From an uncultured virus (IMG/VR IMGVR_UViG_3300043803_001696) (Duplodnaviria; Heunggongvirae; Uroviricota; Caudoviricetes): a stretch of DNA of 20,000 nucleotides. The stretch is taken from the IMG/VR virus record IMGVR_UViG_3300043803_001696. One strand, given 5' to 3'. Positions 6,604 to 15,494 of this stretch are shown in pieces. Under the pieces are notes generated by a model, which worked only from the letters and a program-made list of their open reading frames with translations, did not search any database and was not told the origin of the DNA. Positions within the stretch are counted from its first letter, which is position 1, and every line of letters begins with the position of its first letter. Position numbers and translations under genes: made by a program.

Positions 6604-6637
6604 CAGTTAGCATGGATGCAACACATAATGCGGGAAA

Positions 6638-8683
6638 ATGTCGGAAGAAATCGTCAATCTTGGCCACAACGGCAATGAGAGCCTGCGAGTGGACGGTCTG
6701 GTGAATGCCCTCACAGGCATGGGCACTGGTCGCGACAAAAGCCAATTCACTTCCGCCCAGCCCATCGTCTTTCTCACACAGGAAGAACTAGAAAACCTTT
6801 ATTCCGAGTGGATTCCCAAGCGAATTGTGGACATTGTTGCCGAACAAGCCACTAGAAAGGGTTTCAAGGTGCTGTTTGGTGGAGAAGGTGCTGCCGCTGA
6901 AGAGGTGGCTGGCATTGAGCAAATTATCGAGGATTTATACATCCTTGAGAACCTCGGTCTTGCTTGTAAAAATGCACGACTTTTTGGCGGCGCAGTTATT
7001 CTTCTGTACATCGACGACGGGCGCCCTGCAAACCAGCCCGTAGATCGACGGAACATCCGCAGTATTGAAGGTATGGAAGTGCTTGATCGCTGGCAGATTG
7101 CCCCAGTGATCAGCGAGGAAAGTCTCTACGACTATTCCAAGGCCACTTACTATCAAATCATTTCTGGCGACCTCATTCGCCAGCCACAACTCACTTACAT
7201 CCACAAAGACAGGATCCTGAGGTTTGATGGGGAATGGCTTCCCTACAGGATCAGGCAGCGGAACTATGGGTGGGGGATGAGCAGTCTGCAGAGTGTTTAT
7301 GACAGCTTTCGCTTCTATTCCACTGGCATTAGTTCTGCAGCCACGCTTCTTACTGAATTTGACATCTTTGTGCATAAACTTCGCGGCCTGTCCACGATGC
7401 TTGCTGCTGGCAAAGAAAAGGACGTGCGCGATCGCCTGATCTTGAACGACATGAGCAAGAGCGTGTATCGCGGCTATGCAATTGACGCAGAGAAAGAAGA
7501 GCTGGAATTCATTAGCCGCAACTTTGGTGGCATTGGAGAAATCCTGGAGAAACTGCGCATTGATATTATTGGCGCCTCACAAATTCCTCACACCATTCTT
7601 TTTGGGGAAAGCCCTAGCGGATTGGGCTCCACTGGCCGGAGCGAAGAGCGTGACTTTGCAAAAATGTTGGGTGACTATCAGGCATCTCGATTCAAGCGCC
7701 CAATCAAGCATCTCATGGAGATGATTCTTCTGAGCAAAGACGGTCCCACCAATGGACAAGTGCCTGATTCATGGCGCATTCATTTCAACGACTTGTTTGA
7801 ACTGAATGAAAGGGAGAAGGCCGACGTGAGGGCTCGCGTGGCGGCAGTAGACGGCCGTTACATCCAACTTGGCGTGCTCCACCCGAAAGAAGTGGCAGAG
7901 GCCCGTTATGGCGGTTCTGAATGGTCAATGGAACTCACTCTCGACCCATCGCTTCCCCGTGAACTGCCGCAGCCCGGCGGTGAGATGAAAGTGCCTCCTG
8001 GTGGGCGCGACCCAATGAACGAAGAGAATGGCACTCTGCCGATGGACGGAAGCCGTGAGGTGCAAGATGCAGCAGGATTGTTCTTGCCTCGCGACCTTGA
8101 AAAGGTCAGGGGCGACGTGCAGTTCAAAGACAAGGATCTTCACCAGCAAGCCATTGCTGCTACAAAGTCAAAGTTCAAAGTATGGCCGAGCGCTTATGCC
8201 AGCGCATACATGGTTCAGAAATACAAAGAACTTTATTCCAAGAAGCACGGTGGTGGCAGTGGCTTCAAGGGGGACGATGGTGACGTGAATTACGACGATC
8301 TTGACAAGTGGTTCAAGGAAGAATGGGTGAGGATTGGAGCCAATGGAGAAATCCTTGGCGAATGCGGCGGTCGCGAAGAGAAGGAAGGTAAGCCCAAGTG
8401 CCTACCCAAGGCAAAGGCCCAAGCCATGAACAAGGAAGAGCGACAGACGATTGTAGCCCGCAAGCGTAAAGCTGACCCTGATCCTGATCGTCGGGGACCA
8501 GCAAAGCTTGTTAGCAGCAAAGTGGATGCTATTGAGCCCATGAAAGTGGAAGGGCTAATGCTTGCTGACATTGACGAGGCTGCGTTTATTTCGGACGAAG
8601 ACATCGAGGATGCTATGAAGCAATGGAAGGAAGAAGCTCCAGCACAGTTCAAAGAGCTGCTAGAGGCTGACAATGCTGAATGA
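6638..8683 (+). CDS. portal protein (DUF1073 / HI1409-like) with a C-terminal extension of about 240 aa
   Basis: Portal motifs LY...W..KRIVD..AE.ATRKG, ARLFGG, IHKDRILRF, GWGMS.LQ, IPHTILFGESPSGL and F..L...NE.EKA. Followed by a Pro/Gly linker and small domains (KFKVWPSAYASAYMV..YK; LDKWFKEEWV...CG...PKCLP). Confidence 0.9.
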   Translation: MSEEIVNLGHNGNESLRVDGLVNALTGMGTGRDKSQFTSAQPIVFLTQEELENLYSEWIPKRIVDIVAEQATRKGFKVLFGGEGAAAEEVAGIEQIIEDLYILENLGLACKNARLFGGAVILLYIDDGRPANQPVDRRNIRSIEGMEVLDRWQIAPVISEESLYDYSKATYYQIISGDLIRQPQLTYIHKDRILRFDGEWLPYRIRQRNYGWGMSSLQSVYDSFRFYSTGISSAATLLTEFDIFVHKLRGLSTMLAAGKEKDVRDRLILNDMSKSVYRGYAIDAEKEELEFISRNFGGIGEILEKLRIDIIGASQIPHTILFGESPSGLGSTGRSEERDFAKMLGDYQASRFKRPIKHLMEMILLSKDGPTNGQVPDSWRIHFNDLFELNEREKADVRARVAAVDGRYIQLGVLHPKEVAEARYGGSEWSMELTLDPSLPRELPQPGGEMKVPPGGRDPMNEENGTLPMDGSREVQDAAGLFLPRDLEKVRGDVQFKDKDLHQQAIAATKSKFKVWPSAYASAYMVQKYKELYSKKHGGGSGFKGDDGDVNYDDLDKWFKEEWVRIGANGEILGECGGREEKEGKPKCLPKAKAQAMNKEERQTIVARKRKADPDPDRRGPAKLVSSKVDAIEPMKVEGLMLADIDEAAFISDEDIEDAMKQWKEEAPAQFKELLEADNAE

Positions 8684-9350
8684 CTTATCTTCGTTCAGCA
8701 GCGTCGTTATGTCTATCAGGATGGACGCTGAATGGTCTTATGACCGCCGCAGTGGACGTTATCGTGACGAGAAAGGCCGATTCCTAAGTAAAACATCAGT
8801 GGGTAAGCTTGTTGATGGTCGCATTGACAAGCTGGAGGCGCAACTAAAGCGTTTCACGCGGATGTTAGGAGACGGTTCAATTACGCTTGATCAATGGCAG
8901 GGAAGCGTTCGTGAAGCAATTAAAGCAGCGCACATTCAAGCAGCGACCATTGGCTACGGCGGAAGGGCCGAAATGGGCAGCGCGGAATATGGTCGCATCG
9001 GCCAACGCCTCCGTGCGGAATACACTTATCTACAAGGTTTTGTACGTGACCTTTTGGATGGCCGTATTTCTGCCCCTATGGCTGTTGCTCGTATTGGCCT
9101 CTATGCTCAGAGCGTGCGGGGCTCTTATTGGCAAGGCACAGAAATGCGCGAGCAACAACGTGGGTTTTCGTTGATGCGCCGCATCTTGGATGCTCAAGCA
9201 GTGCATTGCCAAGACTGCCTTGGCTATGCAGCGCGTGGCATCGTGCCTATTGGCAGCGTTCCCATGCCTGGTGTGCGTTGTGCATGTGGAGCACGCTGCA
9301 AATGCACGGTTAAATACTTTAGGCAGCAACCACAAGCTGTGCCAGTATAG
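8673..9350 (+). CDS. minor head / head morphogenesis protein (Mu gpF / SPP1 gp7-like)
   Basis: Follows the portal gene; Cys-rich C-terminus HCQDC...PG..CACGARCKC; N-terminal RYRDEKGRF motif. Confidence 0.75.
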   Translation: MLNDLSSFSSVVMSIRMDAEWSYDRRSGRYRDEKGRFLSKTSVGKLVDGRIDKLEAQLKRFTRMLGDGSITLDQWQGSVREAIKAAHIQAATIGYGGRAEMGSAEYGRIGQRLRAEYTYLQGFVRDLLDGRISAPMAVARIGLYAQSVRGSYWQGTEMREQQRGFSLMRRILDAQAVHCQDCLGYAARGIVPIGSVPMPGVRCACGARCKCTVKYFRQQPQAVPV

Positions 9351-9370
9351 TAAGGCAAAGCTTGAAGCCC

Positions 9371-10123
9371 ATGAAAGTCCTTTTAGGAGACACTGGTTTA
9401 ATTGGCAGAGTTTTGCAGCAATCTACTAACTTTGATGCCACCTTTAATTCCAGCAACATTCACGAGCTGCCGAATATTGCCAATATGCCGGGGCAAGTAG
9501 ACGAGCTGTATCTTGCATGTCTGCCCGCGACGAAGTGGCTAGTTAATCAAGACCCAGCAAAAGATTTAAACAATATTCTTTCCATTGTCGATGTATTGAC
9601 GACAGTTTGGGCGACAAAAGTAATTCTTATTTCTACCATTGATATTTATCAACATACTGACTGCGGAGCAAGTGAAGACTTTTGGACACATTTTGGCCCA
9701 TTGGGTTACGGCTCCAACAGGCTTCTATTTGAAACACTTATCCAAAACACGCTTGCTTTTAACACTTGCATTGTGCGGCTCCCCGCTGTCTTTCATCCGC
9801 TCATTAAAAAGAACATTTTATTTGACTTGCTTAATGATAATAATGTGGAGCAAATCAACGGCAACTCGGCCTATCAGTGGTATCCACTTAATCGTCTATG
9901 GCAAGACATTCAATCGGTAAAAGGCGAAGGTGTAATCAATCTGTTTCCGCCTCCCATTGAAACTTTGGACATTATTGACAAGTTTTTTCCGAATGCGCAA
10001 ATCGCTTCTGGGGATCGAATTTCTTACGATTACAGCACCATGGCCACGCAAAGTGGTTATTGGCTTTCCAAGGATGAAGTGATGCAAGAGATGGAGGCAT
10101 TTATCAATGAAGCTCGGAGTTAG
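9371..10123 (+). CDS. NAD(P)-dependent epimerase/dehydratase (extended SDR-like)
   Basis: Rossmann motif LLGDTGLIG, ILISTIDIY, YGSNR (variant of YxxxK) and IVRLPAVF. Confidence 0.85.
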   Translation: MKVLLGDTGLIGRVLQQSTNFDATFNSSNIHELPNIANMPGQVDELYLACLPATKWLVNQDPAKDLNNILSIVDVLTTVWATKVILISTIDIYQHTDCGASEDFWTHFGPLGYGSNRLLFETLIQNTLAFNTCIVRLPAVFHPLIKKNILFDLLNDNNVEQINGNSAYQWYPLNRLWQDIQSVKGEGVINLFPPPIETLDIIDKFFPNAQIASGDRISYDYSTMATQSGYWLSKDEVMQEMEAFINEARS

Positions 10124-10826
10124 CGCGATTGGCTGGGAAGCCGAGGACCATTCTGAAATCGTGCTGCATCTTCCCGATGGCATTGAACTATTAGAAGCAG
10201 TGCCTTTTAAAAGGCACAGTCGTTTTTCTGGCTGTCTACAAAAATATTCTGCTCAATCGTTGTTCTACGGCATGGACATTGATGCGTTTTGGAATGAACA
10301 GGCTTTTGATCTGTGCTTGGCAAAGTTAATAGCAATGGCGCAAAAATATGAATGGAAAAGAATGGTACTTGGCAGTCCAGGGTTGCGCAAAGATGACAGG
10401 CGTTATTTAATGGACGCGCTTGCAAGAAACAACGATGCGCTTGCCGCCATTGATTGTATTGTTTGCATTGAGCCCGTGGCTAAGCCATATGGTGGTGAAT
10501 ACTTTTTCACGGTTGAAGAAATTGTTCAAAGCCTTGCCGAGTATTCTTTATCGCACGTAGCAACAATGATCGACACAAACAGTGCATGGCTAGAGAGTCA
10601 ATGGCCAGAAGACGTGCTTCTTCAATACTTTCCATACATTAAGCATGTCCACATTAGTGACCAAAACATTGGCGCCATTATTTGCCAGGACAAGCACGAA
10701 CGTTTTGCAGAGGCGTTGCGCAATACCGAGTATGAAGGCGGAGTGATTCGCGAGCTATTAAAGGCAAAAAACTATCCAGGTGAGTACGATTATTTCGCTC
10801 AAATTTACAAGCCATCCAGCATTTGA
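10107..10826 (+). CDS. sugar phosphate isomerase/epimerase (xylose isomerase-like TIM barrel)
   Basis: Motifs KLGVSAIGW, VLGSP..R, CIEP, MIDT and HVHIS; GGAGG upstream. Confidence 0.8.
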   Translation: MKLGVSAIGWEAEDHSEIVLHLPDGIELLEAVPFKRHSRFSGCLQKYSAQSLFYGMDIDAFWNEQAFDLCLAKLIAMAQKYEWKRMVLGSPGLRKDDRRYLMDALARNNDALAAIDCIVCIEPVAKPYGGEYFFTVEEIVQSLAEYSLSHVATMIDTNSAWLESQWPEDVLLQYFPYIKHVHISDQNIGAIICQDKHERFAEALRNTEYEGGVIRELLKAKNYPGEYDYFAQIYKPSSI

Positions 10827-11788
10827 CGCACTCGCTCTTCAATTAAGTAGATGCCTTGAATTTTGCCTGTGTAGCAAGACAGAAGATTGTCTTGCTGTTT
10901 GAATAATGGCGCTCGATAGGCACTGGCATTACTTCGCTTGCTTTTCATTGAAAGCACAATGCTGTGCTGAGAGAGATGGTTTGAAAAATCAGGCCAGTAA
11001 TGACAAACGTGATTTTCTGCTTTACGTCTAAGCTGTTCCAACTGTTCCCTTGATGGTTCTTCGTTGACAGGAGCGACTGATTCCGTCGCAACGCTATGCA
11101 CCACATGACTTAAAGAAACGGTGCCATCATGAAATGGATAAAAAGAAAACAATGGCCCGTCAATATAAGTAAGAGCGCCAAAAGGCAAAGGCTTTTGAAC
11201 GCTATAAAGAAACATTGCCACTGCTTCAAAGTATTCATTCTTTGATGGTTTCAATAGCGCATTATTAGTGCAATCAATTACCAAATCAAAGTCGCTTTTT
11301 AATCTTTCTACATCCTTGCTTGTAATTTCGCTTTGCTTGAACAATGGAGATAGCCGCTCAGAAAAGAATTTTTTGGCCTCTATGGGGGAAATGTAGCGCT
11401 CCTGTGTGCGCCAGACCATAGAAGTGTCACGGAGGAAGCTAGTCTCAACTTCTTCGTGTTGCCAAAGCAATGGAGGGAAAATAGTCTTAATAGTTCCAGC
11501 ATCTAAAAGGCTCTCGTCCTCTGGCACTGCGTACAAATTATTTTTTACAGCATAAGTAAGTGCTCCATATTCGTGCATAAAACGATCAAAAGTGAGCCGA
11601 CATAATGCGCGTGTGGCGGAATTTCTAGCGTAGTGGTAGCCAAGGTGAAGGCGGTTTTGGTTTACCAGTGAAGCGCCGTGGAATGGCTCATGCTCGCGAT
11701 CAAAAAGCGTGATGCAATATTCATTTCTAAGCTGATAGGCCAAGTGACATCCCACCCAGCCAGCTCCAATAATTGCCAAGCGTTTCAT
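10805..11788 (-). CDS. FAD-dependent oxidoreductase (DAO-like)
   Basis: AIIGAGWVG dinucleotide-binding motif, GAS..NQNRLHLGYHY and C-terminal YTGKI. Confidence 0.85.
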   Translation of the reverse strand: MKRLAIIGAGWVGCHLAYQLRNEYCITLFDREHEPFHGASLVNQNRLHLGYHYARNSATRALCRLTFDRFMHEYGALTYAVKNNLYAVPEDESLLDAGTIKTIFPPLLWQHEEVETSFLRDTSMVWRTQERYISPIEAKKFFSERLSPLFKQSEITSKDVERLKSDFDLVIDCTNNALLKPSKNEYFEAVAMFLYSVQKPLPFGALTYIDGPLFSFYPFHDGTVSLSHVVHSVATESVAPVNEEPSREQLEQLRRKAENHVCHYWPDFSNHLSQHSIVLSMKSKRSNASAYRAPLFKQQDNLLSCYTGKIQGIYLIEERVRQMLDGL

Positions 11789-12483
11789 TAAATGTCAATA
11801 CAAAGGTGAGGTTGAACGCCTTGCCAATTACTTTTTGCTTTGGCTAGGTCCAATTGAGGGAAGTATTCAATGCGGCGTTGTGAGCCAGTGCCATACGGGT
11901 CGGCGTGCCCCTGGTAATTCCACTCGTCAGGGCCATGACTATCTAGATGGTAAACATGGCAATGTGCGTCTTGGAGTTTCCAAAGCATGTAATCCTCGTT
12001 TGGCACTCCCCATTGCTTCCACTGTTGAAGTGCTTCTGGAGAGCTGTCCATGTTTTTGATGGCCATTAAGCGATCTCGATGCTGCATGAGATAGTCGTGG
12101 CGATACAGGCCAATACTCATTGACGGCGTGTATTTCATTGCAACCTTTTCTGGTGCATCCACAGGAGGCTCATAGGCTAATTGCTTAAAGGCCGCGCCTG
12201 CAATGCAGGTGTCATGCAGAAGGAACCAATATTCGCTTTCCATGGATTGCTCAACAATTTCAATGAGCGGGGTGTATTCAAAAGAATTTTGCTGCGTTAG
12301 CAACATTGGAACGCCTTCGCAGTCTGTCAAAGTATGAGCAGTCTGTCCACCATTCACAATTAATATTTCCTCTGGTTCGATACCAGCCGCAAGCAAGCTT
12401 GGAATAATTACTGGAATGGTATGGGGCGCAAACTTTTTGCAAGTACTGATACAGAAGCGAATCGAGCCCTCTGGAAGTGCCAT
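11788..12483 (-). CDS. putative GT-A fold glycosyltransferase
   Basis: N-terminal beta-alpha pattern (FCIST...ILIVNG), NSFEY and YWFLLHDTC (DxD-equivalent); located within a glycosyltransferase cluster. Confidence 0.6.
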   Translation of the reverse strand: MALPEGSIRFCISTCKKFAPHTIPVIIPSLLAAGIEPEEILIVNGGQTAHTLTDCEGVPMLLTQQNSFEYTPLIEIVEQSMESEYWFLLHDTCIAGAAFKQLAYEPPVDAPEKVAMKYTPSMSIGLYRHDYLMQHRDRLMAIKNMDSSPEALQQWKQWGVPNEDYMLWKLQDAHCHVYHLDSHGPDEWNYQGHADPYGTGSQRRIEYFPQLDLAKAKSNWQGVQPHLCIDI

Positions 12484-12544
12484 TTAGTCCCCTTTTGTCA
12501 TCAGTATAAAAGCCCACTAGGATGGCGAAGATTCACGAAGGATT

Positions 12545-13768
12545 ATGGCTCGCGTTCTTTATTGCGGTGACGCATTCGTTCAAACGGGCTTTGGACGAGT
12601 GGCTGAATACCTGCTCCCTGCGCTTGCTGAGAAGCACGAAGTGCATGTGCTCGCCACTAATTACCATGGCGACCACGATGAGGAGGCCATTAAATACAAA
12701 ACTTACCCAGCCATGGTGCATGGCTCCGACCCATTTGGCGGCCATCGTATTGCCGAACTAGTTCAAACCATTAAGCCTGATCTCGTATGGGTGACGAATG
12801 ATCTGTGGGTGGCTATTAACTTGTGGGGGGCAGTAAAGACTCTCAGGGAAACAATTCCCTTTAAATTTTTTGTATATACGCCCATTGACAGCTATGGCAT
12901 TTTCCCTGAGCTAAATGGTCCAGTGAGCGAATGGGATGGACTCGCCACTTACACAGAATTTGGCAAAGAAGAGCTAGTCAAGATGGGCTATGAAAAGCCT
13001 ATCGCCGTCATTCCACATGGCACGGACTTCACTAAATTCTTCCCCATTGACCCTCTTGAATGCCGCAAGGAGCTAGGCGTGCCAGGGGATACGTTTATTG
13101 TCTTCAATGGCAATAGGAACCAACCACGCAAGCGCATTGACTTGACCATTAAAGGCTTCGTTGAATTTGCCAAGGACAAGCCTGACGCTCGCCTGTGGCT
13201 AAATATGGGAGCTAAGGATATGGGCTGGGAGTTGATTCCATTGTTTAAGCGCGTGGCGCGTGATGCAGGGTATGACGCTGCTGGCAAGCTTATTCTCACT
13301 AGCCCGCATTTCTCCACGCATAACTGCCTTCCCATTGAACAATTGAACAAGGTTTACAACTCTGTTGATATTGGCCTAAACACCTGCATAGGCGAAGGAT
13401 GGGGCCTGGTGAACAGTGAGCACGCTGCTACAGGCGTTGCGCAAGTAGTACCCGACCACACAAGTCTTAAGGAGATTTTTAATGACATTCCACGCATCGC
13501 TTGTAACGGTTCCGAAACTGATAGAAACTATGGTTTAGAGCGTTTACTGCCTGACCCCAGTAGCGTTGCTGACATCCTTAATTACTACTACGAGGATCGT
13601 AATGCTTTGAAGGCTGCTGGTAATTGGTGCTACGAGCGCATTCACGAAAAGCAATTCACCTGGCCTGTCATCACCAAAAAGATGTTGCGCATCGTAAATG
13701 AAGTGCTTAATCAAAAGCCAAGTGATCAAGAGTTTAAAGGTTTTGGCACCCCCGCAAAAATTGTTTAA
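12545..13768 (+). CDS. GT-B fold glycosyltransferase (GT4-like)
   Basis: Motifs TGFGRV, IPHG.D...F.P, NRNQPRKRID and YNSVD.....GEGWGL...E. Confidence 0.9.
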   Translation: MARVLYCGDAFVQTGFGRVAEYLLPALAEKHEVHVLATNYHGDHDEEAIKYKTYPAMVHGSDPFGGHRIAELVQTIKPDLVWVTNDLWVAINLWGAVKTLRETIPFKFFVYTPIDSYGIFPELNGPVSEWDGLATYTEFGKEELVKMGYEKPIAVIPHGTDFTKFFPIDPLECRKELGVPGDTFIVFNGNRNQPRKRIDLTIKGFVEFAKDKPDARLWLNMGAKDMGWELIPLFKRVARDAGYDAAGKLILTSPHFSTHNCLPIEQLNKVYNSVDIGLNTCIGEGWGLVNSEHAATGVAQVVPDHTSLKEIFNDIPRIACNGSETDRNYGLERLLPDPSSVADILNYYYEDRNALKAAGNWCYERIHEKQFTWPVITKKMLRIVNEVLNQKPSDQEFKGFGTPAKIV

Positions 13769-13773
13769 TCATC

Positions 13774-14487
13774 ATGCAAGTATCACAAATTTTTCTTTCT
13801 GATAACGGCGCCGAACTGTCACCATTCCTAGGACACGCCACGGGCACTGTACGTCAAGCATTTCCTGACGCAGACCATCACATTTACACCAAGGAAACCC
13901 TTCGCGCCTTCATTGAAGCTAACTATTCAGGGGAAGTGCTATGGGCCTACGACTGTCTAAAGCCCTATTCGTATAAAGCTGATCTTGGCAGGTTTTGCTT
14001 GTTGAATAAGCTTGGAGGGTGGTACATGGACATTGCCGTCAGAATGGTAAATCCAGTGGAGGTGGGAGATCGTATTGAATTTTTGGCCTTCCGCGATATT
14101 CAACGATTTAGCTACACCACTTGGGCCTGCGCGACCACTGTTCTTTATTCAAAGCCCGACAACATAGCACTGACTACTGCCATTGAAATGATTGTCAACA
14201 ACTGTCACGAACAGTACTACGGAATCACTCCATTGTGCCCCACTGGCCCAACATTACTAGGAGCAGCTCTTGCTGCAAATGGCGGCAATGCCAATTTCGT
14301 CTACGGCGATTATCTAGAACTGACACCCACGCACGAACAAAAGAATCGTGCCTTTGTGCTGCCCGATGGCACGATCATGGCGTGGAGCAAGCCTTCGGGA
14401 GGGGGCGACTTGACTGGCGTTGGGGCCAAGGGTGTAAACAATTACAACGAACTTTGGGCTGCGAGGCAGGTATATGCAACCGTCTGA
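13774..14487 (+). CDS. DxD glycosyltransferase (GT32 / Och1-like)
   Basis: Motifs KADLGRFCLL...GGWYMDI and TGP.LLG. Confidence 0.85.
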   Translation: MQVSQIFLSDNGAELSPFLGHATGTVRQAFPDADHHIYTKETLRAFIEANYSGEVLWAYDCLKPYSYKADLGRFCLLNKLGGWYMDIAVRMVNPVEVGDRIEFLAFRDIQRFSYTTWACATTVLYSKPDNIALTTAIEMIVNNCHEQYYGITPLCPTGPTLLGAALAANGGNANFVYGDYLELTPTHEQKNRAFVLPDGTIMAWSKPSGGGDLTGVGAKGVNNYNELWAARQVYATV

Positions 14488-15190
14488 TTGCGCAATTTAT
14501 GCCGTGTGCATTCCTGGCGAAGAAGTGCGTTACCAAGCGCAGTCTCAAATTATTCCCATCATGGGAGGAAGTTATAGTCTTAATGAAAAAGAACGAGAAA
14601 AGTTGCGACTAAAGGGTTACGCTTTTGACGATGAAAACGCTGACTATTCCTCCTTGAATAAATATTGGGGGGAGCTGTCTTGTATTCATTGGATGCTTAA
14701 AAATGCAAAACAAAGTAATATCGGAAATGCTCAATATCGGCGCAACTGGATAGAGCCAGCGGAGATTTGGTATGTAAAAGATACTTTATATGTGCCAGAA
14801 TTTGCAGAGTTTAGCTGCAGCCTTGAGCAGCAATTTTATGGCGGACACTCGGGCTTTGATGCACCTGCTATCACGAAAGAGCTGGCGGATAGTGGCGCAT
14901 GGGTATTTACCAGAGAAGAGATTGATAAGCTGTGGGCTCAAAATTTATTCATTGGTTGCAACATGGCGCGTGGCCCGAGGATTCATTATCAATTATTCAT
15001 GGAAACATTATTCACCTGTTTGTCACCTATATGGAGCCGATACAAGGAGCGCTTTCTTTCTATTGATGGTTATGACAAGCGTGCCTTAGCCTTTATAGCT
15101 GAACGATTGATAACAGGCCTGGTGCTATATCGCGACAAATTCTTCCCTAATATGAAAATTGAAACAGCCCCAATAGGCTTTATTTCTTAG
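14474..15190 (+). CDS. DUF4422-like putative glycosyltransferase
   Basis: Motifs N..WGELS..HW, IG.AQYRR, CNM and R..AFIAERL. Confidence 0.7.
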   Translation: MQPSDCAIYAVCIPGEEVRYQAQSQIIPIMGGSYSLNEKEREKLRLKGYAFDDENADYSSLNKYWGELSCIHWMLKNAKQSNIGNAQYRRNWIEPAEIWYVKDTLYVPEFAEFSCSLEQQFYGGHSGFDAPAITKELADSGAWVFTREEIDKLWAQNLFIGCNMARGPRIHYQLFMETLFTCLSPIWSRYKERFLSIDGYDKRALAFIAERLITGLVLYRDKFFPNMKIETAPIGFIS

Positions 15191-15205
15191 AGCGAAATTT
15201 TTATC

Positions 15206-15463
15206 ATGACCAAAAAGCAAAAGCAAGCAAAAGTGTCTCGCGTCATGAAGGAATTCAAGGCAGGCACGCTGAAAAGCAGTAGCGGCGACCCCATTAAAAA
15301 CTACAAGCAAGCGGTTGCAATTGCCCTCTCTGAAGCCGGCATGAGCATGCCAAAGAAGGATGCAAGCGAAGAGTACATGCGGGCATTCATTCGCCAAGTG
15401 CTTCAAGAAGAAGAGGCGATGGAAGAAGAAGGAGAAGAGGAGGAAGAACAGGGAAAGGATTGA
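15206..15463 (+). CDS. small basic/acidic protein, DUF6496-like (frameshift ORF A)
   Basis: KV.RVMKEFKAG.LKSSSG......KQAVAIALSEA followed by a poly-Glu tail; ends CAG GGA AAG GAT TGA. Confidence 0.8.
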   Translation: MTKKQKQAKVSRVMKEFKAGTLKSSSGDPIKNYKQAVAIALSEAGMSMPKKDASEEYMRAFIRQVLQEEEAMEEEGEEEEEQGKD

Positions 15464-15494
15464 GGGGAGATGCCCAGTCATTCTCCCCTCCATC
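15437..15494 (+). promoter_or_regulatory. programmed -1 ribosomal frameshift signal
   Basis: Internal SD GAGGAGG (15437-15443), slippery heptamer G GGA AAG (15451-15457) in the correct phase, and a perfect 9-bp stem GAGGGGAGA/TCTCCCCTC (15462-15470/15482-15490). Confidence 0.8.
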
